NCBI GenBank assembly: GCA_963810915.1
Contig: CAWEPH010000004.1
Coordinates: 67,788-131,787 of the forward strand
Reading direction: 5' to 3'
Source of the DNA: an uncultured Actinomycetes bacterium
Lineage (GTDB): Bacteria > Actinomycetota > UBA4738 > HRBIN12
DNA length: 64,000 nt
Positions 25,437-34,193 of the stretch are shown here, piece by piece. Below the pieces are notes generated by a model. The model ran no database searches. It was not told the origin of the DNA and saw only the letters and a list, made by a program, of their open reading frames with translations. Position 1 is the stretch's first letter; the number at the start of each line of letters is the position of its first letter. A program made the translations under genes and the position numbers.

Positions 25437-28400
25437 TCATCCCGCGTTGACCGCCTGGACCTCCGGAAGACCGAGGAAGCTCGAGCGGAGGTGAGCGTCG
25501 TCGATGCTCCCCGCGATCCGATCGATGACGCCCCGCGCCTGGTGTCGGAGCTCTGTCGCTCGCGCCGCGTCGCCGGTCGCAGCCGCGATGCCGCTCAGGG
25601 CCATCTCGATCCGCCAGCCGATCGGTTCGAAACCGAGCTGCTCGGCCTCGGCGCTTCCCTCGAGCAACGCGCGCTCCGCTTCCTCTAGCTCGCCTAGCTC
25701 CACCAGCGACGAGCCCTTCAACAGGAGCGCGGCCGGGTCGTAGGGGCGGACCCCGAGCGGCCGGAGCCACTCGAGCACCTCGTCGGCGAGCTCGACGGCG
25801 CGGGCATGGTCTCCCCTTAGCGCGGCGAGCCGCCCCTTCAGGATCTTGGCGTTGGCCGCCGCGGCGAAGTGCAGCAATCCGGGGAGCCGACCGAGGACGC
25901 TTTCGGCGATCGCGGCCTCCGCCTCATCGAGCCGTCCCGCGAGAACGAGGATCTCGGCCTGGGCCGCCTTCACGAGCGGGATGGCCAGCGTGTTCCGTTC
26001 CCGAGCGATCGCGAGGCCCTCGTCCGCCAGGCGCGATCCTCGCTCGATCTCACCGAGCGTCGCGTACGCGGCGCCCATGTCGGCGCGGCTCACCGCTTGC
26101 GGGATCACGAACCCAGCGAGCTCCGCGTGCTCGATGCACTCGCGCATCTCGTCGATCGCGCGGCCGACGTTCCCCTGGGAGAGGTACACGTGGTACCCGT
26201 TCAGCAGGCAATAGGACTGGCCCCAGTGGTTCCCGATGTCGGCCGAGATCCTGTAGGACTCGTCGCAGAGCATGAGGGCCTCTTCGTTCTGGCCCCCGAG
26301 GGCGAGCAGGGCCGCCATGCTCGAGAGGTTCTCGCAATACATCGGAAGGTTCTCGAGCTCGCGCCACAGCGGCCTGGACTCCTCGAGACAGGCCCGCGCT
26401 GTCTTGAGGTCGGAGATCGCCGCGTACGGTCTCCAGAGGTCGTTCAGGGTGAAGGCGATCTGCTCCCGGGCGCCCAGTTCGCGCGCGATCGCGAGGGAGG
26501 CCTCGCCGGCATCGACGGCTTCCTTGAGTTCGCCGCCGCTGAAGACGTTGAGGGTCATCAGGTTCCACAGCGCCTTCGATTCAGCCGCACGATCGTTCAG
26601 GTCGCGGGCGAGCGCGATCGTGCGTTGGCACAGTGTTCGTCCGGCGGCCGCGTCGAATACCGGCGTCGGCGTCGCGTACAGGGTGGTGAGCGCCAGGTCG
26701 GCGGCGAGGGCCGCAGCCCCCGCGCCATCTCCTTGCGCCACAGACTCCATCTCCTCGTAGTTGGCAACGGCCTCTTCGAACCGTCCGGAGAGCTCGAACG
26801 CGCGGCCTCGGATCGGATACAGGTGGTCGAGCGCCTCCTCGGTGCGGCCGAGTCGCGTGGCCGCTTCGATCGCCCATGTGGAATGGATCACCGCCTCGGC
26901 GTTCGCGTACAACCGGACGTCGGCGTCTGCGGCCAGCGACGCGTATCGGAGCGCCCGCTCGTGGTCCCTGCCCTCGCGAGCGTGGTGGACCAACAGAGGG
27001 GCGGATGTCGCGATCCTGTTGGCGTACAGCTCCTCGTACACCTCGGCGACGCGCCGGTGCAGATCCCGTCGCTGCCTCAGCAGGATCGTGCCGTATGTGG
27101 CGTCCTGGGTCAGGCTGTGGCGGAACGCGTACTCGCGCTCGGGCGTGCGCGCGGTCTCGATGATCAGTCCGTTCCGTTCCAGGGTACGGAGCGAGGTCGG
27201 GAGGTCGGCGTCGCCCGAGACGGCTCGCAGGACCGGCTCGGAGAACGACCGGCCGATCACCGATGCGAGCTGCAGCGTGTGCTTGGCTTCTTCGTCGAGT
27301 GCGTCGAGCCGCGCGGTGAAGAGCGCCTGGAGCGTCGTCGGGATCGCGATGTCGACGTGGTGCTCGTGGACCGCGGCGGCAACCTCCTCGAGGAACAGCG
27401 GGTTGCCGTCGGTGCGCTCGAGGATCTGTGCGCGGATGGCCCCATCCTCGGCCGGGATGAGCGCGTCGATCAAGCGTCCGCTCTCGTCCTCGGTGAGCGA
27501 GGTGAGGGCGAGCTCGGTCGACCGGTGCGGGTACTCCGTCTCGAGCCACTGCTTCAGCCGCCACGACGGCGCTCGTCGATCCGGCCGGAAGGCGAAGACG
27601 AAGAGACACGGGAGTTCGTCGACGAGTTTCGCGGTCTCGATCAAGACGTCCATCGACGCCTCGTCGCACCAGTGGAGGTCCTCGAAGACCATGAGCCTCG
27701 GCCCGCCTTCCCCGAACGCCCGGGTCGACGACGTCACCAGCTCCATGATCGCGTCGCGGAACGCCTCGCCCTCCAAGGGCTCCTCGCCGGATTCCGTGAC
27801 GCCGAAGAGCGATCGCCACACGCGCATGTGCGGGTCGAGCCAGTCCTCCGAGCCGTGTTCGATCGTGCCGGCGAGCTTGGCGCGGACGACGTCCGGTGGA
27901 TCGGTGTCTTCAATCCCGGCGATCCGCGCCACGGTTCGCCGGTACTGCGAGTACGGACGGTTCGCGTCGTAGGACACGCACTGCCAGGTCTCCCACATCC
28001 GGTGCAGTTCATCGTCGCCGTCGGACGCGTCGGGCGAGCGCCGCTCCCACGCTGCGCGCGTCTCGGCGATCAGCCGCGACTTGCCCAGGCCGGCCTCACC
28101 GACGAGCGAGACGATCCGCCCGGCGCCGGACAGCGCGTCCTCGACCGCGCGGCTGAGCTCGCCGAGCTCGCGTTCGCGGCCGACCAGCGGTGAATCACGC
28201 AACCCTCGGATCGCGCCGCGGTCGTGCGTGCGGCCAACGACCGTGTAGGTCTCGATGCGCTCTGCCTTGCCCTTCACCTCGATCGGGCCGCGAGCCTCGA
28301 CGTCGAAGAGAGGTTCCACCAGTCGGCGCGTCTCATCGGTGATCTGTACGGTGCCCGGCTCCGCCGTCTGCTCCATGCGAGCGGCGACGTTCACCGCATC

Positions 28401-28955
28401 CCCCATGGCGGTGTACTCGAGCCGCAGGTCCGAGCCGACCTGGCCGACCATCACCGGGCCCGTGTGGATGCCGACCCGAACGTCCAGGTCCAGGCCGTGC
28501 TCGGATCGCACGTGCTCTCTGTAGACGGCGATACCGGAGATGATGTCCAGCCCAGCCCAGACCGCGCGTTGCGCATCGTCCTCGTGCGCGATCGGCGCGC
28601 CGAAGAACGCGAAGATCGCGTCGCCCATCAATCGCGCGAGCGTTCCCTCGTAACGGTAGACCGGGGCGATCAGCCGCTCGAACGCGCCGTTCATGATCTC
28701 CGCCCAGACCTCGGGGTCCACGGTCTCCGCCATCGCGGTGGAGCCCTTGACGTCGCAGAACAGCATGGTGACGACGCGTCGCTCGCCCTCCATGGCCCGA
28801 CCCGCGCGCGCGGCCTGGAGCTTCGCGAGCAGTTCCCTGGGAAGGAAGGGGTCGAGCGCGGCGCCCCTTGCGGCGGTGGGATCGATGGGAGATCCGCACG
28901 CGTTGCAGAACCGGGCGCCGTCGAGGTTCGCAGTCCCACAAGCGGGGCAGTTCAC
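25437..28955 (-). CDS. zinc-ribbon + class III cyclase + STAND/AAA ATPase + TPR signalling protein
   Basis: Likely GTG start at 28955 (VNCPACGTANLDGARFCNACGSPI); the tracked ORF extends to 29042. CHD: MLFCDVKGSTAMAE, RLMGDAIFAFFGAP, AMGDAVNVAARME. P-loop GEAGLGKSRL, Walker B LMVFEDLHWCD, long TPR-like tail. Confidence 0.85.
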   Translation of the reverse strand: MNCPACGTANLDGARFCNACGSPIDPTAARGAALDPFLPRELLAKLQAARAGRAMEGERRVVTMLFCDVKGSTAMAETVDPEVWAEIMNGAFERLIAPVYRYEGTLARLMGDAIFAFFGAPIAHEDDAQRAVWAGLDIISGIAVYREHVRSEHGLDLDVRVGIHTGPVMVGQVGSDLRLEYTAMGDAVNVAARMEQTAEPGTVQITDETRRLVEPLFDVEARGPIEVKGKAERIETYTVVGRTHDRGAIRGLRDSPLVGRERELGELSRAVEDALSGAGRIVSLVGEAGLGKSRLIAETRAAWERRSPDASDGDDELHRMWETWQCVSYDANRPYSQYRRTVARIAGIEDTDPPDVVRAKLAGTIEHGSEDWLDPHMRVWRSLFGVTESGEEPLEGEAFRDAIMELVTSSTRAFGEGGPRLMVFEDLHWCDEASMDVLIETAKLVDELPCLFVFAFRPDRRAPSWRLKQWLETEYPHRSTELALTSLTEDESGRLIDALIPAEDGAIRAQILERTDGNPLFLEEVAAAVHEHHVDIAIPTTLQALFTARLDALDEEAKHTLQLASVIGRSFSEPVLRAVSGDADLPTSLRTLERNGLIIETARTPEREYAFRHSLTQDATYGTILLRQRRDLHRRVAEVYEELYANRIATSAPLLVHHAREGRDHERALRYASLAADADVRLYANAEAVIHSTWAIEAATRLGRTEEALDHLYPIRGRAFELSGRFEEAVANYEEMESVAQGDGAGAAALAADLALTTLYATPTPVFDAAAGRTLCQRTIALARDLNDRAAESKALWNLMTLNVFSGGELKEAVDAGEASLAIARELGAREQIAFTLNDLWRPYAAISDLKTARACLEESRPLWRELENLPMYCENLSSMAALLALGGQNEEALMLCDESYRISADIGNHWGQSYCLLNGYHVYLSQGNVGRAIDEMRECIEHAELAGFVIPQAVSRADMGAAYATLGEIERGSRLADEGLAIARERNTLAIPLVKAAQAEILVLAGRLDEAEAAIAESVLGRLPGLLHFAAAANAKILKGRLAALRGDHARAVELADEVLEWLRPLGVRPYDPAALLLKGSSLVELGELEEAERALLEGSAEAEQLGFEPIGWRIEMALSGIAAATGDAARATELRHQARGVIDRIAGSIDDAHLRSSFLGLPEVQAVNAG

Positions 28956-29255
28956 GCAGGGACGATAGCGCGGCCTGGGTCGCAGTAGCCCGCTACCCAG
29001 GGCGACGGGGCACCTGCGCGGGTCGGCGCCACCCGAGGCCACGGGGTTGGGGGGCAGCAGGAATCCTGCCTGGAAGGTACCCGTCGTCGAGGTCCGGAGG
29101 CCCCGCGATGACTCACGATTACCGCGGCGGTGTGTCCGTAGATCTCTTGGGTCTCGACCAACCTTGGTCCATCAAACGTCGCCCGAACGTCGCCGCGGTC
29201 GTGCGGATAAGGTGCGCGGCTCCCCGTGGCGGTCCTGCGCATCCGACGATCGCTG

Positions 29256-30509
29256 TCACGGATGTCCCAGTACCCCCACGGATGTCGCCACGAAGAGCAC
29301 GACCGCCACCCCGCTCAGATCCATCACGCTCGCGATGGTCGGAACACCCTGGTTGTCCGGATCCAGCCCGAACCTGGAGGCGATGACCGCGAGGTAATAC
29401 CCGATCCCGATCGTGACGGGCGTGACGATCAGCCCGGAGAGCAAGCAGACCCAGATCAGCGTGCCCGCAGCGGGAACGTTCTCGAGTCCCGTGACGACCC
29501 CGAGCCCCCACGCGATGGCTCCGATGAGGGCGAAGACCACGAGGGAGAGGACGACCACGATCGACGCGTCGAGGATCGCGGGCGGCTCGGGCCTACCCCG
29601 TGGCGTGATGGCACCGATCTGCAGCTTCGAGGTGATCCGCGAGCAGAAGATCCCTCCGAGCGCGCCGGCCTGGCTGACGAACGGGGGGATGAGCGCGAGC
29701 AGGACCGGCACGGACGCGAGCTCCGCCAGCCGACCCTGTTGCAGACCGCCGGATACGAGATCCAGCAGCGATGTGAGCAACGTCGCCGCGCCGAGCTCCA
29801 ACACGATCCTGCGCAGGCGGGTGTCGCGGACGACGAACGAGCGGATCGTCGCGAACACGCCGACAGATGCGCACATGAGGGCAACGGCCGCAGCGATGGC
29901 CTCGTTCCGCAGGAGCAACGTCGCCACGAACAGACTGGGCACCGTGGTCAAGTCGCCGAGCGCCGTGACCATCGGCGTCGATACCGAGTCCAGGTCCCAC
30001 CCGAGCCGGAAGGACAGCGCCGAGATCGCGAGCGTGACCGCGAGGATCACGCCCGATCCGAGCGACCCGCCGACGACCGAGATGAGCACGAGCTCCCCGA
30101 CGGAGATCGACGGCAGTCCGAACGCGGCGCTGGCGAAGCGCGAGAGCACCGCGACCCACAGTGAGCAGGACAACGTGGTGAGGATCGCGACGTCGACGTT
30201 CTGTCGCAGTACCCCGCCCCGGCGTAGGTCGATCGTGAGCAGGCCGGCGGCGTTCGCGGTGCCCAGCCGCGCACCGATCGCGCCGAAGATCGAGCCGCGG
30301 ATACCGACCGCGGCTGGGATCAGGACCAGCAACCCGGGAAGGTCGGCGAGGGTACCTGTGAGGTGGGCGAGGATCAGCCCGGCGCCGAAGCCTGCAACCG
30401 TGCTGAGGACGAGTGCGACCAGGCCCTGGCGAAGCGTCCGTGTCTCGGATCGCCAGTAGCCCAGGAGCCGCCCGGCGGGGCGCGCAAGTCCGGGACGCGG
30501 ACGCGCCAT
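29256..30509 (-). CDS. divalent-cation transporter with two tandem MgtE-type TM domains (SLC41-like); no MgtE N-terminal or CBS sensor domains
   Basis: Two repeats of the MgtE TM signature: FRLGWDLDSVSTPMVTALGDLTTV and SRFGLDPDNQGVPTIASVMDLSGV. About 10 hydrophobic helices. SD GAAGGAGG before the ATG at 30509. Confidence 0.75.
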   Translation of the reverse strand: MARPRPGLARPAGRLLGYWRSETRTLRQGLVALVLSTVAGFGAGLILAHLTGTLADLPGLLVLIPAAVGIRGSIFGAIGARLGTANAAGLLTIDLRRGGVLRQNVDVAILTTLSCSLWVAVLSRFASAAFGLPSISVGELVLISVVGGSLGSGVILAVTLAISALSFRLGWDLDSVSTPMVTALGDLTTVPSLFVATLLLRNEAIAAAVALMCASVGVFATIRSFVVRDTRLRRIVLELGAATLLTSLLDLVSGGLQQGRLAELASVPVLLALIPPFVSQAGALGGIFCSRITSKLQIGAITPRGRPEPPAILDASIVVVLSLVVFALIGAIAWGLGVVTGLENVPAAGTLIWVCLLSGLIVTPVTIGIGYYLAVIASRFGLDPDNQGVPTIASVMDLSGVAVVLFVATSVGVLGHP

Positions 30510-30544
30510 CGGGCCTCCTTCACGCGGTCACCTACCTCTTCCCT

Positions 30545-30720
30545 GTGCGTCGGCGTTGGGCTCCGGCACGGCCTCCGGCAGTATGGTCCGGTGCTGGACG
30601 GCGAACAACCGCCCGAGCGTGGGTCATCCCGCCCGGCCCTGCGGGCCGTTGGACCCGATGCGGCGATTCGGCAACCGACGAGACTCTCGCCTAGGGACGC
30701 CGGCGATGTCGCCGACGATG
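30545..30720 (-). promoter_or_regulatory. candidate M-box (ykoK-leader) Mg2+ riboswitch in the 5' leader of the MgtE-like transporter
   Basis: Minus-strand RNA contains CCUAGGCGAGAGUCUC (compare GUUAGGUGAGGCUCC), CGCCGCAUCGGGUCCAACGG (compare CGCCAAUGGGUCAACAG), CCAUACUG and GUGCCGGAGCCCAACG (compare GUGCCAAAGCUCAACG). They appear in the canonical order within about 165 nt. CGUCGGCG (30718-30711) is complementary to CGCCGACG (30555-30548). Aligned by eye from memory of the consensus. Confidence 0.55.
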
Positions 30721-30805
30721 AAGAGCACCCCCACGAGCGTCGAGGTCCTCCTGTCCGAGCGCATCGTCCCTCACTCGGACGATCGTTCGGCGGTGACCTG
30801 ACCGC

Positions 30806-31426
30806 TCAGCCGATCCGGGCCAACTCGATCCGATGGGTCAGCTTGAGACCCAGCGGCCAGGGCCAAGGAGTGGCTCCCGCGAGCTCGAGGGACGGCGGTG
30901 GTTCGACCCCCAACGGGTCTGGAACGTCCCGGTGCAACGGCACCACGCCCGCACGAAGATCCCATACGAGCGCGCGTCCCCCCGGTCGCAAGACACGGCC
31001 GATCTCGGCCAGCCCGCCCTGGCGGTCGTCCCAGTGGTGCATGGACAGGGTGCTCACGACGACGTCGAACGACGCGTCGGGGAAGGGCAGTGAGGCGACG
31101 TCACCGACCGTGAACGTCGGCGTGCGGTCCGCAGGCGGATCCGCTCTGCCGGCGTTCCAACGCGCTCGATCGATCATCGCGGGGTCGAGATCGAGCCCCG
31201 TCACACCGAGGCCGCGCGCAGCGAGGGCGACCGACAGCCGGCCCGGACCGCACCCGACCTCCAGCACGTCCCCTTCCTCGGGGGCCACGGCTGCCACGTC
31301 GAGGGCGATCCGATCGAAGAACGAACCGAGCAGCAGCCGGTGACTGAAGGCGTCGTAGATGGCCGCATCGCCTACCAGGATCCCGCCCGGTACATGCTTC
31401 CCGATCGCCCCGCGACCGTGCCGCAT
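30806..31426 (-). CDS. class I SAM-dependent methyltransferase
   Basis: VLEVGCGPGRLSVALAARG (motif I), FDVVVSTLSMHHW, RVLRPGGRALVWD. Upstream in-frame text NVVILSVAAATAVAIAG looks like a TM helix but has no canonical start codon, so the N-terminus is uncertain. Confidence 0.75.
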   Translation of the reverse strand: MRHGRGAIGKHVPGGILVGDAAIYDAFSHRLLLGSFFDRIALDVAAVAPEEGDVLEVGCGPGRLSVALAARGLGVTGLDLDPAMIDRARWNAGRADPPADRTPTFTVGDVASLPFPDASFDVVVSTLSMHHWDDRQGGLAEIGRVLRPGGRALVWDLRAGVVPLHRDVPDPLGVEPPPSLELAGATPWPWPLGLKLTHRIELARIG

Positions 31427-31639
31427 ACCGGCGATCGCGACGGCCGTGGCCGCGGCGACCGACAGGATGACGACGTTCCGAGTCCGAATCTCGCACCTCC
31501 ATCGTCAGCCTAGCCTCGAGTCGAGCGGGCGCTGGAATGGCCTGGCATCAAACCAGCGTCGCGCCCAGCGTGTGGACCTTGACCCGTCGCGTTGGTGAGC
31601 CGGTCACGTCGAAGGACAGGATCAGCAGGATCAGGATCC

Positions 31640-31882
31640 ATGGCAAGATGGGCCATGGCCAAGATGACAGATCCAGCGTCCCCACGGTCTCAACTCAGCG
31701 ATGCCATCCTCGGCACCGTACGCGGGGGCCTTCGCATCCTCGGTGGGATGGTGCAGGTGGCGGCCGGCGTTACGAGGCTCCTGGCTATCACGGCGATCAA
31801 GGCTGTCGAAGCAGCGGAAGCGATCGTCGAGGCGACGGAGGTCGACGAGGAGGAGCCGGAGCCGACGCCGGAGCCGCAGTAA
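31640..31882 (+). CDS. small hypothetical protein with acidic Pro/Glu tail
   Basis: MARWAMAKMTDPASP...GMVQVAAGVTRLLAITAIKAVEAAEAIVEATEVDEEEPEPTPEPQ. Several possible ATG starts (31640, 31655, 31664). No homology recognised. Confidence 0.3.
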   Translation: MARWAMAKMTDPASPRSQLSDAILGTVRGGLRILGGMVQVAAGVTRLLAITAIKAVEAAEAIVEATEVDEEEPEPTPEPQ

Positions 31883-32015
31883 CGGCTTGAGTGGCTGGAC
31901 GCTCCCGCATGTCGCACGGATGAGATGGATGTCATCTGCGACATAGCCTGAGAGGGTGGCCAACCTCCCCGGTCCCCGGTGGGCTGCCATCCACGACGAA
32001 CGTGCATGGAGCGGA

Positions 32016-32830
32016 CCCTGCCGTATCGTCGCCCCAGGCAAGCGACGGGAGGTCGAACGATGCGACTGGACGGCAAGGTTGCTCTCATCACGGGCGGCAC
32101 CTCTGGGATCGGCGAGGCGACCGCCGTGTTGTTCGCCGCCGAAGGTGCGAACGTCGCGATCACCGGCCGCAGCCAGGAGCGCGGCGACGCGGTAGCCGAG
32201 CGGATCGCATCCGCCGGCGGTGAGGCGATCTTCGTCCCCGCCGACGTCCGGGTCAGCCGATGACTGCCGACGCTCGGTCGATCGCACGATGGAGGCGTTC
32301 GGCCGCATCGACGTGCTCTTCAACAACGCCGGCGTCTACGTCGCCAACGACATCCTCGGCTGCTCCGAGGACGAGTGGGACGCGCAGGTCGACACGAGCC
32401 TGAAGGGGGCGTTCTTGATGTCGAAGTACGCGCTGCCGCACATGATCGAGCAGGGTTCGGGCTCGATCATCCACTGCGCGTCCGGCTGGGGTCTCGTCGG
32501 CGGCGCCCGCGCCGTCGCCTACTGTGCGGCCAAGGGCGGCATGGTCGTGATGACGAAGGCGATGGCGATCGATCACGGACCGCAGGGCATCCGTGTGAAC
32601 GCGGTATGCCCCGGCGACACCGACACACCCATGGAACACGAGGACGCCCGGCAGCAGGGCCTGGAGTGGGACGCGTACGTGCGCAGCGCGGTGGCCGGTC
32701 GCGCGATCGAGCGCATGGCCACACCCGAGGAGATCGCCCGCGCCGTGCTCTTCCTCGCGAGCGACGATTCCTCGTACATCACGGGAACGGCTCTGCCCGT
32801 CGATGGCGGGGGCGTGGCTGGTTGAACGCC
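32016..32830 (+). repeat. segmental duplication copy B (about 815 bp, carries the disrupted SDR copy)
   Basis: Aligns with 16285-17100. The junctions are sharp, and the flanks on both sides are unrelated between the two copies. Confidence 0.85.
32060..32825 (+). pseudogene. SDR paralogue (about 98% aa identity to 16328-17095) disrupted by a 1-bp insertion
   Basis: Copy B reads GACGTCCGGGTCAGCCGATGA, giving a premature TGA at 32261-32263. Copy A reads GACGTGGGGTCAGCCGATGAG. The rest of the protein continues in frame 32220-32825. Length is 3n+1. Confidence 0.8.
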
Positions 32831-32871
32831 AAGGCGTAGGCCGGATGTGATCGTGGCGCCGTCGCGTCGCA

Positions 32872-34092
32872 TCAACCAGCGTCGCGCGCTGCGTGGAGAA
32901 CCACGGGTTCCGAGACACCTCTGAGCGTCACCGGTCCGATCTCGACGAATCTCACATCGTCCGCGTCGCCCACCGACTCGACGACGGACTGGGACACGAG
33001 CACCTCGCTCGGACGCGCGTAGTCCGTGATCCTGGCGGCCAGATTCACCGTCCGCCCGAAGTAGTCGCCGTCGCGGAACACGACCGTTCCCACGTGCACG
33101 CCCACCCGCGCCGGCGGGAGTTCGCGTCGAGCCACCTCGGGTAGCAGGTGCAGGGCGCAGCGCACCGCGTCGAGCGGATCCGGGAAATGGAGCATCACGC
33201 CGTCGCCCAGCATCTTCACGACGGTACCGCCGAACTGCAGCGCCGTCGTCCGCACGGTGCCGGACAGCGTCGAGGCGAGCGTGACGGCCTCCTCGTCGCC
33301 CGCGTCCTCGGTCAGCCGCGTGAACCCCGACAGATCGAGGAACGCGATCGCGGGACACGGGGTCGCGCGCGCGATCTCGACACCCGCGTCGAGCAAGGCC
33401 GATTCCACGAGTTGGACCAGCATCTGCATGTTCAACGCGTCGATGTGTCGGCGGTTCAGCCAGAGCAGGAGCTCTTGGACACCCGGACGCATCACCTCGC
33501 TCGTGATCGGATTGATCCGCTCCACGATCTCCTTCAGCGATAGCCCCGACTCCAAGAGAGGCTCCAGGATCCCTCGACGGTAGAAGGCGATCTGCGCCTC
33601 AGCCGATCGGCGCGCGTTGTCGCCGAAGTACCGGGTCGCCTCGAGGAACCGCTTGTCGTCGCGGCCGAGCGTGTCGTAGGCGGGCGCCAGCCGGCGGAAC
33701 AGTCGCTCGTCGTCCTCCCGGATGCGCTCGTCGAGCGGCGGTTGAGCGACGCCCCAGATCTCGAAGAGGTCGGCCACGAGGGGGGCCGGGAGCCCGAGTC
33801 GCTCGAGGGCCTGGCGATAGGTCTCGTCGCCGAGCGCGGGGGATGGGGGCAACACTCCTTCGAACCACGCGAGCGACACGACGCCGGCGGCGGCCGTCTC
33901 GACGAGGTCCGCGAGAGGAACACCCGCGTCCACGAGCGCCTCGACGACGGCGATGCGGCCCACATCGGCCTCCACGTACCGACCATCCTCGGACTCGAGC
34001 AGCCCCAAGCCCGCCAGCTCATCGACGCGCGCCGGGGTGACGTTGGCGCGCAAGGCGAGCTCATCTCGGCCGATCCACGTGTCCGATGTCAT
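32872..34092 (-). CDS. Rv1264-like adenylate cyclase (N-terminal helical regulatory domain + class III catalytic domain)
   Basis: Catalytic part: AIAFLDLSGFTRLTE, VKMLGDGVMLHF, VGVHVGTVVFRDGDYFGRTVNLAARI. The about 200-aa helical N-terminal domain is paralogous to that of 57749-58969. Confidence 0.75.
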   Translation of the reverse strand: MTSDTWIGRDELALRANVTPARVDELAGLGLLESEDGRYVEADVGRIAVVEALVDAGVPLADLVETAAAGVVSLAWFEGVLPPSPALGDETYRQALERLGLPAPLVADLFEIWGVAQPPLDERIREDDERLFRRLAPAYDTLGRDDKRFLEATRYFGDNARRSAEAQIAFYRRGILEPLLESGLSLKEIVERINPITSEVMRPGVQELLLWLNRRHIDALNMQMLVQLVESALLDAGVEIARATPCPAIAFLDLSGFTRLTEDAGDEEAVTLASTLSGTVRTTALQFGGTVVKMLGDGVMLHFPDPLDAVRCALHLLPEVARRELPPARVGVHVGTVVFRDGDYFGRTVNLAARITDYARPSEVLVSQSVVESVGDADDVRFVEIGPVTLRGVSEPVVLHAARDAG

Positions 34093-34193
34093 GACGTGGA
34101 CCTTAGATGATGCGGGTCACCGAACGGAATCCGGTCCGAATCTCCCGCTGCCCCTTCCGGCGGCCGGGACACCCCGTCTACACTCGGCCCACC

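Noticed and set aside
25869-28193. Very long ORFs antisense to or overlapping recognised genes. Examples: 25869-28193 (+), 60344-63421 (-), 8564-9949 (-), 41850-43145 (-), 43187-44659 (-), 22153-23316 (+), 17352-18632 (-).
   Set aside because: Their translations are Arg/Pro/Gly/Ala-rich low-complexity text with no motifs. Each lies opposite or out of frame with a gene that has clear domain signatures. These are typical shadow ORFs of very GC-rich DNA.
30514-30544. GGTAGGTGA just upstream of the transporter SD, first taken for the 5' GUUAGGUGAGG block of an M-box.
   Set aside because: It is in the wrong position, at the 3' end next to the SD. The better ordered set of M-box blocks lies further upstream at 30545-30720.
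31906-31942. Hairpin ATGTCGCA-N20-TGCGACAT downstream of the small ORF 31640-31882, and a tandem CAGGATCAG x2 at about 31617-31634.
   Set aside because: The stem is only 8 bp with a large loop and no U-tract, and the 9-mer repeat has just two copies. I cannot attach a function to either.
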